A stretch of 64,000 nt of DNA from Octopus vulgaris (GCA_951406725.2 OX597831.1:33666001-33730000), one strand, 5' to 3'. Shown: positions 42,135-57,356, numbered from the stretch's first letter. Notes: generated from the letters alone by a model not told the origin. Numbers and translations are program-made.

Positions 42135-42667
42135 TCTATATATATAAAACTGTAGTTGTGTGAGTGTCTGTCCCCTTCGATTTAGATTCCTAACTACTCC
42201 CACATTTTGCGGTGCAGTTTAACCAAATTCGGGTATCTTATAGTCGTGATTCATATCGAGCCCGTCTGGCTATTAGCGCGCGTCTACGATGAGTCTACGA
42301 TTTTAAAAATAATTTAACATCATTTTTTATTCCATTTTAATGCATATTTTTTCGTGTGTCGATGGCGGCGGAGTTGGCGTCCATGCTCACAGCTGCACCT
42401 GTGTTGCTTCTCCCCCTTCTTCCCTCCCTCGTGAATCTGTGGGGAAGGGAGTGTAAGGAAATCAACATCGTAAAGCGTTGTCAAGGAGACCAGCGTTGTT
42501 TTAGAACAACGACTTCATGGCTTGAAGACACTGAGTCAACGATTTAAAAAAAAAATTACCATAATTTTTTATTCCATTTTTAATGCATTTTTTTGCTATA
42601 ACTCCCTAAAAATGCTTATATAGTTATTTCCCTTACAAATCCGAGCAACGCCGGGCGATACTGCTAG
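42135..42667 (+). mobile_element. Full-length non-autonomous Helitron
   Basis: 5' TC after host A; 3' GC hairpin then CTAG before host T; internal ~60-bp direct repeat at 42291 and 42533. Confidence 0.8.
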
Positions 42668-43598
42668 TAGACATATAGCCATACAGTTACCACAGGAAGT
42701 GATCCACCGATATAATATATGGTAACAAGACCAAACGAGGAAACTTCTTCACGCTTCTTCAGTCGATCTGCTAGAAATAGCAACCAAATGCCTATTTCAA
42801 ATCACTCCCACCTCAATGTCGACTTACATGAACAACAATAAACTGCAAAATATAGATGTAGGTTCAGAAACGGTTGAATGGTAACTGTGAGATCATAAAT
42901 TTTTCTGAATCGGTGCTGATCAAATGATTTAATTCGTCGCCCCGTTTTGTATTACCAGCTGGCTCTCGGGTGCCTTTCGAGGAGTTTGCTCCGTTGCAAG
43001 CATTCGAGTGAAGTTTCCGTTTTGGGGATAACATCCTTCATCTCACCAATCTTGGAAGGCCTGAAAAAATAGGTAAAAAATCACCTGGAAAAACGTCAAC
43101 AATAATAACAAACAAACGACAAACCAGAATAGCGATCAACACTTTTCTCCGAAGTGTTCGATTATTTCCGTTCGAATATTTAATAAAGGGAATCTTTCCC
43201 GAAACGTAATCGACGACATTAGTCAGCCTTTGCGAGGTAATGCCTTCCTGTTTGTTTTCATTGATATTATAATACATATTTTTCGTAACTTATCTACATT
43301 ACTCAAACGTATTTAAATATTCAAAAATATGAATAACATCAAATAGCTTTTAAGTTCTTATATAGGCACAGGGGCCGTGATATGTAAAACAAACGGGTAC
43401 GAATAAGAGAGCGGTTTATGAACATTTTAAAGAACACAGATGACGTAAATGAGTAAAAAAGCAGGAACTTAATATTTTGATGCCGCAACGAACATCAAAA
43501 GGATTTGTGAAAAAGAAAACAAAAAACAAAACAAACTAAAATTTATTAGTTTCTTATTCACACTTTCATATTAACCACGTCTGTCTGCCTACCTACCA

Positions 43599-43745
<147 letters not shown>

Positions 43746-43746
43746 G

Positions 43747-43805
<59 letters not shown>

Positions 43806-44047
43806 CAACTATCTATCTATCTATCTGCCTGTCTGTCTGTCTGTCTGTCTGTCTATCTGTCTGTCTGTCATTATTCAGTTTATTTCAAGATTTCTTGCCA
43901 GTAGAGAAAGAACCGGTTTCTAACTGGATCGAGGGTTCCTTCATTGGAATGTCAACATCAACAACAGGGTATTCTTTTATGTATGTATGTATGTATGTAT
44001 GTATGTATGTATGTATGTATGTATGTATGTATGTATGTATGTATGTA

Positions 44048-44150
44048 TGTAGATCTTTAGCTGGGCTAAAAAGTCACATTCGATCACAGCACCAGTAACA
44101 GTTAAGCTTCGTGCAATGGCCATACTCGATAACGATGGAGCAGCCATAAA
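44048..44150 (+). mobile_element. Heavily 5'-truncated RTE 3' end in (ATGT)n
   Basis: [16 protein letters not shown] then a short 3' UTR and ATGT tail. Confidence 0.6.
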
Positions 44151-44375
44151 TGTATGTATGTATGAATGTATGTATGTATGTATGTATAAATGTATGTATG
44201 TATGTATTTATGTATTTATGTGTGTGTATGTATGCATGCATTTCCGTATGTATGCATATATGTACGTATGTTTGTATGCACGTTTGTATGTACGTATGTG
44301 GTGTGTATGCATGTGTGTACGTATGTATGTGTGTATGCACTGTAAATGTGTGTACATGTATGAGTATACAAGCAT

Positions 44376-44453
<78 letters not shown>

Positions 44454-44567
44454 TCATGTATGTACGTGTGTATGTATGCATGTATAATCGTATGTATGTA
44501 TGAATGTATGCCCATACAGACATATATGTATGTATATCGCCAACATTTTCCAATCCTTCCCCTTCTT

Positions 44568-44630
<63 letters not shown>

Positions 44631-44987
44631 TTACTTTGCTTCTTGACGGGGGGCGGGATTTAATTGTACATTAGTAAGACAAGTGGACTCGGAAGGGAAG
44701 TGAGGAGAGGAGAGGAGTTAATACTTTGAGAATGCAAATCTTTTCCATTGTAAAGTCTTAACGTGAGGAGATGAAAGGACATACGTGAGAACGCATTAGA
44801 ATTGGTGATTTAAATTCTTTTGTAAAATTGGTAAGTACTAATGGCTTTCTGTGTGATTGACCTTCACTGGACAGGGATATGACTAGGGATTTTATGATTA
44901 ACGATTGATCGAAATGAGAGCAGTTTGAAATAAAAATAGAAAAAAGATGTATAATTGAAAAAAAATGAGTGTACAAATAAAAATGGA

Positions 44988-45035
<48 letters not shown>

Positions 45036-45446
45036 TGCCCTGATGCAGTACCAAACAGTGGCTCTCATGGCTTCTGATCTTAACTGATTGGAAGTGTTAT
45101 CATGTACTATGTTTTGTCTTGGTATAAAAGATGAGCTGCAGCAAATATTCTGCTCCATACCACAGATTTGCTTGTCAGTTGTTTGACCTTAACCACTTGA
45201 GCATGTCCGTTAGTGGCTGACGACACGTGCATCTCTGATCATGAGCAGAAGTAGTGGGGGAGCATCATAGCTATGTGTTGAGAGGGATTCGTTGGGGTTT
45301 GAATAATTCACCTTTGGAAACGTGGGTGTTTTGTTCAACATTTTTAAACAACCCTTATTTAGGAACCTTTTGAGCAGGATGGGTTATTCGACCTAACTGG
45401 GCCCCACCTGCAAGGTCATGCGTTGTTTATCTTGATATGAGATCAC

Positions 45447-45820
45447 AAACTATGCTGGATCATAGACATAGTATGTCCAGCTGACAACAAAGTATGCTAT
45501 AAGGAAGAAAGAAAGGTCGAGAGATATGACAGTTTAGCTTGGGAAGTCAAGCAGTTGTGATCGATGAAAAAAAGGCAGCAGTAGTAACAATAACTGTCGG
45601 AGCCCTGGGAACAGTGAGCACAAATGTCGAGAAGCACGTGGAACAAATAGGGGCTGCAATAAAGGTGGAGCATTTGCAGAAAACAACACTGCTTGGTACC
45701 GCTCGAATACTCCGGAAGGTGCTCGAAAAATAAGAGGTGTTATCTTAGTTTACTGGTGGTGAACAGCTGACACTGTAGTACACCTCCAGCGTTAGAAGCT
45801 GTGCAAAGGCAATACTACTA
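45447..45820 (+). mobile_element. R4/Dong-like LINE 3' end
   Basis: IIDIVCPAD..KEERKVERY..TVGALG..LQKTTLLGTARILRKVLE; (TAA)n tail. Confidence 0.85.
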
Positions 45821-45823
45821 ATA

Positions 45824-45881
<58 letters not shown>

Positions 45882-45886
45882 TAATA

Positions 45887-45942
<56 letters not shown>

Positions 45943-45944
<2 letters not shown>

Positions 45945-46470
45945 TATTGACATGAGTATTCCTTGTGATCACAATCTGGCGGCGAAAGAATTTGACAAGA
46001 TTAGTAAATATAAAGACTTACTCATAGAAATTGAAAAAATGTGGCATCTTAAGGCGACTACAGTACCAGTGATTGTATGATCTGTAGGAATGATTAAAGA
46101 AGGTTCTGAAACCTATTTGAAAATGATACCAGGCTTACCATCCCTACAGTACCAGTGATTGTAGGATATTTAGGAATGATTAAAGAAGGTTCTGAAACCT
46201 ATTTGAAAATGATACCAGGCTTACCATCCCTACAAGAAGAAGTGCAAAAAATCGTGTTAACAGGAACGACTCGTGTACTGAGAAGAGCATTATCGCTGTG
46301 AAAACAACATCCATTCATGAATTTATTTATTTATTAATTTTTTAAATACATATTTTACCTGTGAATTTGCGTGTGTAATCTGGGAATGCATACAATGAGC
46401 TTCTCTGCCCTAGGTGTACGGAAAACACTCGGCGAGAAATGGAAGAAAATTTGAAGAAAGAAGGAAAGCA
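45943..46470 (+). mobile_element. R4/Dong-like LINE 3' end with an internal 86-bp tandem duplication
   Basis: IDMSIPCDHNLAAKEFDKISKYKDLLIEIEKMW...VQKIVLTGTTRVLRRAL; duplicated block starts at 46058 and 46144. Confidence 0.85.
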
Positions 46471-46712
46471 ACAACAACAGCAACAACAATAATAATAATC
46501 TTTTCTACTATATGTACAAGGCTTGAAATTTTGGAGGAGGGGGTCAATCGATTTGATCGACCCCAGTACGCAACTGGTCCTTAATTTATCGACCCCGAAA
46601 TGGATGAAAAGTAAAGTTAACCTCGGCGGAATTTGAACTCAGAACGTAGCGAAGGGTGAAATGCCGCTAAGCACTTCGTCCGGCGCGCTGACGTTTCTGC
46701 CAGCGCGCCGCC

Positions 46713-46816
<104 letters not shown>

Positions 46817-48626
46817 TTCATTTATCGGCCACTAAGGCCGACATATAGGGGACAAACTAGTAGATGGGGACAGTGGGGTTTTTACTCAAAACAACGAGTA
46901 AACAGTTAAGAAAATAATAACAAGAAATATTAAACAAGAAAATACAACAATGAGATTTCCCCAATAGAAGACCCTACTCGGTCAAAGGGGAAAAGGATTA
47001 AAAAGGAAGAAGTCGAGCAATGATAGTTGCCCTCCGAAGGACGCTAAGGCTTCGGGAGGTGGGGGTGAGATTCCGGACAAAGCGGAAGAGCTCCACCCTC
47101 CCGAAGTCAGGAAGAAAAGAAAAAAAAGAAAGAAGGACTGGTCATCGCAGGGGGTAGATGATGTGCCGTCTGCATGTCCCGAAGTTGTGTCACCCGCGGC
47201 GGAAGAAACGACTCTAATCCTTAAAGATAATGAATTAATTATTTTTTCTACAAGGGCGGGGAGGTGGAAAAATAGTAGATAGCTGTGGAGGTCATAATGT
47301 TTCCCTCGTGGGAAAGGCTTAAAGGATTTGGGGTGGGGTGTCGCATATGGCTGGGTGGCCCTTACACGACTTACACGTTCTACATGAGTGAGGTATGAGA
47401 AATGGCGGGATACAGGACTCAAGCGGCATTGAAGATAATGATGAATATATCGATGGATATATCGATGAGTAGGAGGTGAAAAAGCCTCTTAAGAGGGTTT
47501 GAAACCTCATCTTATTGTATTATTTGTAGTGGTTTATAACCTCAATTGTGTGTTTAAAAAAACATGTTAAGAGGTTTTAGTTTCTCCCTCTTGTAAGAGG
47601 TTTGAAACCTCATATTGATTTTTAAAAAAAGAAAATATGTTTTCGAGAAAATTCCAATCGGCCGGTGTTGGGTTTCGTCTCTCATTTATTCATTTTATTT
47701 CATTTTCATTCATTAATGTTTGTCCAGCCCGCAAAGCTACACAATCTTTGTACTGTCTATATGACAAATTTTATGAAATAAATAAGCTTGCTTACCAGCC
47801 ACATGGTTCAGGGTTCAGTCCCACTGCGTGGCACCTTGGGCAAGTGTCTTCTACTATAGCCTCGGGCCGACCAAATCCTTGTGAGTGGATTTGGTAGACG
47901 GAAACTGAAAGAAGCCCGTCGTATATATATGTTTGTGTGTCTGTGTTTGTCCCCCCAACATCGCATGACAACCGCTTGTGTTGTTGGTGCTTGTAAGGTG
48001 GGAAAGAAGCAAAGGGAATTTATTTTCATACGTTCCGCGAGTGCAATTGTTGTTGCTGTTGTTGGTGCTACAGCGGTCACTGCCTTGTGCAACTTGGCTG
48101 TTCTGTCTTGCGGATAATCCGCTGTCCGTTTCAGTGGACGGACGGTTTTCGTTCGCAATCTTTGATTTTAGCGAAAAAAAATTAGGGCTGTCGTAGCCCA
48201 AATAAATCCCAAAATAGCCCCTAAGGGCTACAAATGGGCGGGGGGGAACTAATCAGTTCTCCAAGGTCCTGGCTTGTTTAACTAAATAATTACAAATGTA
48301 CAATGTAAAACAATGTATAATGATGTGGATAATAACAAACTATACGCATCGATGTGCGGCACGTGTCGATAGACTAACAACAACAACAATAACGATTTTT
48401 TTGTCTTTTACTTGTTTCAGTCATTTGATTGTGGTCGCGCTGGGGCACCGACGTGAATGGTTTTAGTCGAACAAATCGACTCCAGGACATATTTTTTTTA
48501 AAGCCTAAGAAATATTTTATCGGTCTCCTTTGTCGAAGTGCTAGAAACGGGGACGTTAACATGGTAGCACAGGCTGTCAAGCGGGGGTAGGGGACGAGCA
48601 CATATACAAAGACACAAACACACAAG

Positions 48627-48699
<73 letters not shown>

Positions 48700-48986
48700 A
48701 GGCGCAATGGCCTAGTGGTTAGGGCAGCGGTTTCGATTCCCAGACCGGGCGTTGTGTGTGTTTATTGAGCGAAAACACCTAAAAGCTCCACGAGGCTCCG
48801 GCAGGGGGTGGTGATCCCTGCTGTACTCTTTCACCACTCTTTCTCTCACTCTTTCTCCCACTCTTTCTTCTGTTGGCCTGCTCACTTAGCCAGCGGGGTG
48901 GCGTCATTCGAAGGCTAAAAAACAATGCGAACGCATTGTGACCAGCGATGTGTAACAACATCTGATGGTCCGGTCGGTCACGTGAT

Positions 48987-48992
<6 letters not shown>
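48700..48992 (+). mobile_element. tRNA-derived SINE family A; relatives at 1-165(+), 37690-37960(+), 40320-40621(-), 49437-49684(-)
   Basis: A-box tggcctagtggtt and B-box gtttcgattccc; shared gagcgaaaacacctaa..ctccacg core. Confidence 0.8.
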
Positions 48993-49046
<54 letters not shown>

Positions 49047-49951
49047 GCGGTGGTCCCAATCGGATATGCAATTTATGTGGGTGTCTGGTTTAAAAAGCCA
49101 CATTAGATGCCATGATGGTTCTAAGGTGTTGGTACAGAAGGTGGTCTAACTCCACATAAGGAATAGACAACCACTTTATATCGCTGCTGTTATGCATCCA
49201 AAACGTCGCTTTTTTTTTCAGAAAACGGAAAATAGTTTCACCATTCCATAGCAAAAACCATTGTACTAGACTTTGACAATTTTCATATCTTGGCATCTGA
49301 TGTAGCTTGAGATATGATACTTTGATCAAAAGAACCGGCTGTTGCAAGCAAAACTAAATATTGGAAAGACAAAAACCGCATTTCGCCAAATTTGGACATA
49401 TGACAGTTTAACATAATAGTAATGATATCTATCGTGGCACTCAGTCGGTTATGACGACGAGGGTTCCAGTTTGAGCTGATCAACGGAACAGACTGCTCGT
49501 GAAGTTAACGCGCAAGTGACCGTGCACACCACAATCGGGGAGATTCAGCGTGACACAGAGTGTGACAAGGCTGGCCCATTGAAATATAGGCACAACAGAA
49601 ACAGGAAGAAAGAGTGTAAGAAAGTTGTGGTGAAAGATTACGGCAGAGTTCGCCACCACCACCTGCTAGAGCCTTGTGGAGCTTTATACAAATGATTGAA
49701 ACAAGAAAAAAAAAAGAATAAGAATATAAAAAACTCCAAGGAAATCACAATAAAAAGTAAAAAAAATATTAGCGCAATAAAATATATGAATATAAAATGC
49801 AATAAAAAACAAGTTATAAAAGAATGGATTACAATACAAAGTGAACTCCCCAGACACAACAGAATATCAATATTAACATTATGATTAAAATAAAAACACC
49901 ATTTCTTATGTGATAATCAATGATTTTTCTTTTAATATTAATTATAAAGAA

Positions 49952-50441
49952 AGGCACTGAGCTGGCAGAAACGTTACCACGCCGGGCGAAATGCGTAGCT
50001 GTATTTCGTCTACCGTTACGTTCTGAGTTCAAATTCCGCTGAGATCGACTTTGCCTTTCATCCTTTCGGGGTCGATTAAATAAGTACCAATACGCACTGG
50101 GGTCGATATAATCGACTTAATCCATTTGTCTGTCCTTGTTTGCCCTCTCTGTGTTTAGCCCCTTCTGGGTAGTAAAGAAATAGGTATTTCGTCTGTGTTT
50201 ACGCTTTGAGTTCAAATTCTACCGTGGTCGACTTTACCTTTCATCCTTTCGAGGTCGATAAATTAAGTACCAGTTGCGTACTGGAGTCGATTGGCCCTTT
50301 CCCCACAAAATTTAGAGCCTTGTGCCTTGAGTAGAAAAGAATATATTTTTAAGGCGGCGAGCTGGCAAAATCGTTAGCACACTGGATGAAATGCTTAGCG
50401 ATATTTCGCTCGTCGCTACGTTCTAAGTTCAAATTCCGCCG
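49952..50441 (+). mobile_element. Dimeric SINE family C plus an extra head; other copies at 46500-46712(-), 53465-53822(-), 60805-61172(-)
   Basis: Repeated family C core. Confidence 0.8.
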
Positions 50442-50444
50442 GGT

Positions 50445-50999
50445 TGCAATCTGGGGAGTTAGGTTGTCAGATGTTAGGGGTGGTGTGGTCGCAGAAATTG
50501 TCTGACAACCATGACTGGGTTCTCCTGCTTGTGTGACATGGTCCTGTTGCAGAGTCCTGTTGCTAGATAATAGGGTCTTCCAGCAGCCAGCCTCTTGACC
50601 CAGGGCAGCACTAACTCCTCCAGGCACTTGATGTAGTCCTCCGAGTTGAGTCTGAGGCCGTGTGGGCAGTTGAACGGAGGCATTAAGTCGTCATCAACAG
50701 TGATCATTCTAAACACCATGATGTTGACTGGATGTTTGATTTTCACTACTCTAAGTACATCTCTTCAGATTGGCACCCAAACACGCTGAAATGTTTGTAT
50801 TGGATCTTCTGGCGCTAATGCCAGGCAGTTCAGCGTATCGTCTCCAAATTTCTGACAGAGTGAATCGTGTCATTGTGATTTTTTTCTCACAGACGGTGCC
50901 CAACTGACCCTACTATACTATGTAGCCGACAAAATAAAAAACAAACTATGCGCATGCGTTAAATAAAGAATATAAAATGCGACAATTTACCCATCGCAG

Positions 51000-51001
<2 letters not shown>
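50445..51001 (-). mobile_element. maT-like (Tc1/mariner superfamily) transposon fragment
   Basis: KHPVNIMVF...LMPPF..PHGLRLNSEDYIKCLEELVLPWVKRLAAGRPY; ends at a (TA)n run. Confidence 0.75.
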
Positions 51002-51040
<39 letters not shown>

Positions 51041-51083
51041 GTGGATATGTGTATGTGTTTGTGTATATGTGTATATATATATG

Positions 51084-51119
<36 letters not shown>

Positions 51120-51501
51120 CATACACATATATACACATGTATATACATACACACATACATATATGTTGGATAATATCGTTCATAGTACAGAATAACTTGC
51201 AACGAAATGTTATGCCCATGGATGAAATAGCTTTGTACATAGATGTCTTCGAACAGGGCCAACCTGGGTCTAAACAATGTCACTATTTTATAATCAGAAA
51301 AAGAAGAAAGAAGAAGAAAGAGAAAGAAAAAGAGGAGGAGAAGAGGGAGAAGAAGGGGAAGAAAAAGTACCAATATTGCTGCTGCTGTTGATGATGATGC
51401 TGCAGCTGCCTTCCCATCTTCATCTATGCTAAATTGCCTTTGGGAATAAGCTTTGGCAATTTCAGATTTCGAAAATCGAAAGCATTGTCTGGTTTAGTGT
51501 G

Positions 51502-51533
<32 letters not shown>

Positions 51534-51617
51534 TGTATGTATGTATGTATGTATGTATGTATGTATGTATGTATGTATGTATGTATGTATGTATGTATGT
51601 ATGTATGTATGTATGTA

Positions 51618-51786
<169 letters not shown>

Positions 51787-54163
51787 ATCTCTCTATTTAT
51801 CTATCTATCTATCTATGCATATTGCTACAGGTAAGGCCTGATGGTTAAGAAGCTTGTTTCGCAGCCAGTAGTCCCAGGTTCGATTCCTCTAGGTAGAAAC
51901 TTAGAAAGTGTTTTTTCCCTATAACATCGGGTTTAGCCAAGTTTGTAAATGAAATTGGCTTCACGGAAATTGTGCGGAGGCCCTCCAAAAGACTTGTGCA
52001 AGTGATAATAAGGGCCCATCGTTCTTACACTAAGTGTTACGTTGGTTTGAACTGCGAATTATGTAATGGGTTCACGTGTTTAAGGAACGCTCGCCCTTTA
52101 CACATGAATAGTATGAGCCATTTGTTCAGTTGATTGAAAAACTGTCGAAATCATCGTCGAAAACGACGGAGGATTGCACCTCGTGTATGTGTAAAAGCAC
52201 GTCTGTGTATGAATGTGTATATGAGCGTATTTTGTATGCGTTTGGGTATTCGTTTGTGTACGTGTATGTATGTGTTTGTGCTGTTATTGTGTTCCTTCGA
52301 GTGTATGTGTGTTGTTTTATGTGAGTGTGTATTAGTGTGTCTGTGTGTGAGTTTCTGTACGGGTGTGCGTGTGTGTTGTATATGTGATTGCATAAGTGTG
52401 TGTGTTTGTGTGTGAGTTTGTACCTGTGTGTGTGTGTATATATCTGTGTTTTGTATGTATGTGTGTGTGCTTGCATATGAGTTTGTATTTACGAGTGTGT
52501 ATATGTCTGTTGCGTTTGTCTGTGTATAAGAGAGAGTTTGTGTGTGTGTGTGTGTATGTGGTGTTTGTCTGTGTTTATACGTGTTGTTTGTTTGTGTATA
52601 TGTGTGTTTGTGTTTGTTTGTGAATGAGTGTCTTCTGTGTGTGTGTGTATTTCAAAGTGTTGTGCATGTGCGTATGTATGCATGTGTGTTCTATATGTGC
52701 ATATGTGTATGTGTGTATATGAGTGAATGTGTATGTATGAGTGTATGTGTATGAATGTATGTGCGTACTAAATTGTTGTGTGTGTGTGTCTCAATGTATG
52801 TGTTTGCGTGTGTATATGTGTGTGTTTGCGTGTGTGAGAGTGTATATGTGTGTGTGTGTATGTGTGTATAGATGGCCACATAGTTTGGGCGGAGGACCGC
52901 AATCGTCGTGGTCGGGCCCCACCTATCCTTCAATAAACGATCCTTCGATGTCGTCTATATTCAAGCCACACATACCTGACCACTACTTCAATGTCTTAGT
53001 ACTACCGCCGCCACCACTGCCACCACCACCTCCACCGCATCTACCACCTCCACCGCCTCCACCATGCCACCATCATTGCTACTTCTATCGCCGACACTAA
53101 TCTATGCACCCATCATCTCCAATCACCGCCACTACTCCTATACTCCATCACTACCATCACCGCCCTCCAGCACAAGCACGACAGCGGCAACGCCCCTCCC
53201 TTCTCCACATCGATATTAGTCGTGTTATACACTGGAACATATTTTTCCAAGGAATAATCGATTACATCGATCGAAGTACATTTTTTTTTCTCATCGTCTG
53301 TTACTATTTTATCGATTCCGCACCGAACATACACCCACCAGAGTAGAGAAGGATGGGCGTTGAACACATAAACTGCAAAGAACAAGGTAAAAAAAGGAGG
53401 GGAAAAATTCTTGAAGGCGGTGCCTCAACATGGTCGCAGACTAATATTTGAAACAAGTAAAAAAAATTGAACTCAGAACGTAGCGGCAGACGATATACCG
53501 CTAAGTATTTCTCCCGGCGTGCTGGCGATTCTTATTTCTTTATTGCCCACAAGGAACTAAACATAGAGGGGACAAACAAGGACAGACAAAGGGATTAAGT
53601 CGATTACATCGACCCCAGTGCGTTACTGGTACTTAATTTATCGACCCTGAAAGGATGAAAGGCAAAGTCGACCTCGGCGGAATTTGAACTCAGAACGTAA
53701 CGGCAGACGAAATACTGCTAAGCATTTCGCCCGGCGTGCTGACGATTCTGCCAGCTCGCCGCCTATTGAATTTGAAAAGGCGAAATTTGAACTCAGAACG
53801 TAAAGACAGACGAAATACCGCTTAGGGTTAAACAAAAGAATAAACGTGGTCAAGATAACAAAGTATTTTATACAGCGCTCAACCGATTCGGATGGTCACA
53901 GAACATAAAATATCCATCCATCCACAAAAAGAATATATAAACGGGATTTCTCATTTTCTTTTACTTCAGATCAGTTGTTCCCAAACAGAACCCTTAAGTG
54001 GGGTACGTCAGTACGCCGACACATTTTTAAAGATATAATTTTAGTCTTTTAAACATCCGTATTGATGCTTTAGAGTCTTTGGAAACATAAACGTAATATT
54101 CATTATTTTGATTACACAAATGTGTAATTAATTATATAAGATAAGCAATAGGTTATTTATATA

Positions 54164-54450
54164 CGAGGTCTGATCAAACCGTTTTGGCACTGTTGCTATG
54201 GTAACGGAGGTAAAGTATGCAAAGTAAAGCCGCTTGGTACAGATTGACCTTGATATCTGTCACGCACGTGCACTAAGTTATAACGCTTTCGCTCACTTGT
54301 GTTCTTTATAGCAGTGCTTAAAAGTAAAGTGTGTAGAGTGTGGTCGTCTCAAACAGAAGATCAGGTTTCAGCTACACAGGTTCTCGTTGATTGTTTTAAA
54401 GAAGACAAAGAACTTTTGAAAACGGTTTTAACAGGTATCGAATCGTGTCC
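54164..54450 (+). mobile_element. Mariner 5' fragment
   Basis: TA-cgaggtctgatcaaa start; ELLKTVLTGIES resembles the first catalytic motif (ITGDESW). Confidence 0.55.
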
Positions 54451-55279
54451 TCCAAGCCACAGAAACAGAAGAAGGAGAGTGGAAAGGAAGGACACTGAAA
54501 CTAATTATTCAGGCGGAGGAGGGTCAATTGGAGAACTTGGAAAAGGCGGTGACGTTGGAGGAAATACTGCTGAGGGTGTGGGTAGAGGGCAGAGAAGCAC
54601 GTTGTTTTAAATGTTGCCAAAAGGGTCACATTAGAGCATACTGCCCTCTACAGAGGACAATGTCTGAAGATATAGTTGTGGAGACAGAAGAGAAAAGAAG
54701 AAAAAAATAGACGGAGGAAACGAGAAAAAGGAGGAATAATGGAAAGCTACAGAGAGCAGAAGGAGAAAGAGGAAAAAAAAGAAAAGACACTGAGTATGAT
54801 GTGGTACCCCAGTCCAACTCCATCCCACCTAAGATCACTCAGACCCACCCTCCCCATACAGACACCAAGCCCACCCACCCCATTTCTCCACAAGAAAAAA
54901 AAAAAGAAAAAAAATGAACGGGCACCACAAAATTTAGAAGATATCCCTCCCGGTGAAAAAGGTTACGAATGCATGGCTGAGAGAATGTTGTCACTAAGTG
55001 ATGGAGAAAGGGGGAAAGGGATTAGACCGAAGGAGAAAAAGCACCTAGGACCCAGAGGTAGCGAGTGGTGCTACTCCGTGTGGGGTGAGTAGCACACTCT
55101 TCATAATATCATTTTCAGATATCATTCATATTATATTTTAATTTGTTCTTCATGTTCATTTTCATGTATCATTCATTATATCATATTCTATTTTTATATT
55201 CTTAATTGTTATATGTCCCCACATGTGTTGTAGTGTCCCCCTCTGTGTATTGCCTTTATGGCAAAATCATTGAAATAAA
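54450..55279 (+). mobile_element. Deleted L1/Tx1-like element: ORF1 zinc knuckle plus 3' tail
   Basis: VWVEGREARCFKCCQKGHIRAYCP (CX2CX4HX4C); tail tgtccccctctgtgt...aataaa. Confidence 0.6.
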
Positions 55280-55675
55280 GTAGCTTGCTTACGAACCACA
55301 TGGTCCCGGGTTCAGTCCCACTGCGTGGCACCTTGGGCAAGTGTCTTTTACTATAGCCTCGGGCCGACCAAAGCCTTGTGAGTGGATTTGGTAGACGGAA
55401 ACTGAAAGAAGCCTGTCATCTATATGCATATATATATGTATGTGTGTGTATATGTTTGTGTGTCTGTGTTTGTCCCATCAACATCGCTTGACAACCGATG
55501 CTGGTGTGTTTACGTCCCCGTAACATAGCGGCTCGGCAAAAAAGACCGATAAAATAAGTACTAGGCTTACAAAGAATAAGTCCTGGGGTCGATTTGCTCG
55601 ATCGACTAAAGGCGGTGCTCCAGCATGGCCACAGTCAAATGACTGAAACAAGTAAAAGAGTAAAAGAGTAAGAGT
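55279..55675 (+). mobile_element. SINE family B
   Basis: High identity to 15747-16107. Confidence 0.85.
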
Positions 55676-55681
55676 ATATAA

Positions 55682-55812
<131 letters not shown>

Positions 55813-56025
55813 TGTGTGTGGTATGTGTGTGTGTGTGTCTATTTTAATATTTCGTTTCTAATAACCTGGTGTTAGAACTCAATATATATATATACTGCCG
55901 AATGAAGCATTACGCGAGTACAGAGCATAATATGAAATTCAAGAAAATACCAAGGGAACAAAATTATGTACTTCTCATTGCTTTAATTTCATATTATGCT
56001 TGTGTCTATACATACATAATATACA

Positions 56026-56057
<32 letters not shown>

Positions 56058-56118
56058 CATATACATATGTTTAAAATAATACATATATATATATATACAC
56101 ATATATATATATATATAT

Positions 56119-56524
56119 CTTTTACTCTTTTACTTGTTTCAGTCATTTGACTGCGGTCATGCTGGAGCACCGCCTTTAGTCGAGCAAATCGACCCCGGGA
56201 CTTATTCTTTGTGAGCCCAGTACTTATTCTATCGGTCTCTTTTGCCGAACCGCTAAGTGACGGGGGACGTAAACACACCAGCATCGGTTGACAAGCAATG
56301 CTAGGGGGACAAACACAAACACGCACACACACACACATATATATATATATATACATATATACGACAGGCTTCTTTCAGTTTCCGTCTACCAAATCCACTC
56401 ACAAGGCATTGGTCGGCCCGGGGCTATAGCAGAAGACACTTGCCCAAGATGCCACGCAGTGGGACTGAACCCGGAACCATGTGGTTGGTTAGCAAGCTAC
56501 TTACCACACAGCCACTCCTGCGCC
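56119..56524 (-). mobile_element. SINE family B, full length
   Basis: Reverse complement of family B. Confidence 0.85.
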
Positions 56525-56608
56525 TATATATACACACATATACGTATATTTATATATATATATATGTATGTATAAATGTGTATATATATGTATATGTGCA
56601 TCAATCTA

Positions 56609-56674
<66 letters not shown>

Positions 56675-56676
56675 TA

Positions 56677-56731
<55 letters not shown>

Positions 56732-57356
56732 ATTCAATATTGAAACGGCTTTTACTTTCCAATTTCTATGCAAAAAGCACCAGAAACTCCTTTTTATTTG
56801 ATGTTAAGTGCGTCAGTAAATATTTTTTATTTGATATCCTGACCGCCATTAATTCATTTTTATTTCATCTCCAGGGCGCCATATTGTCGAAAAGTTTCAG
56901 AACCACGTTTCATGACTAAAGAGATTTTTGTAAGCAATACTTCAACTTAAACAAAACATTTGCCAATTTTACAGTGTATGTCTCCACAACACGAACGACA
57001 TCTTAGAATATCAGAATAAACTATACTTCCTTTTTAGTCTGTGGTAGTTATATTTTTATAACCTAGTCAGGGAAGTAAAAGACTACACCCATAGAATTTT
57101 GCTGATAATTTAATTTTGTACGGGAATAGAGATGAAAAAAGACCCACTCCTCATAGATTGTTATAAGCCGTGCACATCAAGATATTGAGTAATTTTCAGT
57201 TTGGAGATCTTAGTTCGAATAAGTGCAGCAGAGCTGACTCACCTAAAGTCACTCGAAGATTAGGTGGTAGCATTAAGCTGGGCAATAGATTTATTGTGTC
57301 TCTCACCGTAAGAAGAAGAAGAAAAAAACAATCGAATCCAACATATTTTCTGAATA

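Noticed and set aside
47990-48201. Asn/Ser-rich minus-strand ORF
   Set aside because: Weak acceptor, low complexity, and the frame extends into a SINE.
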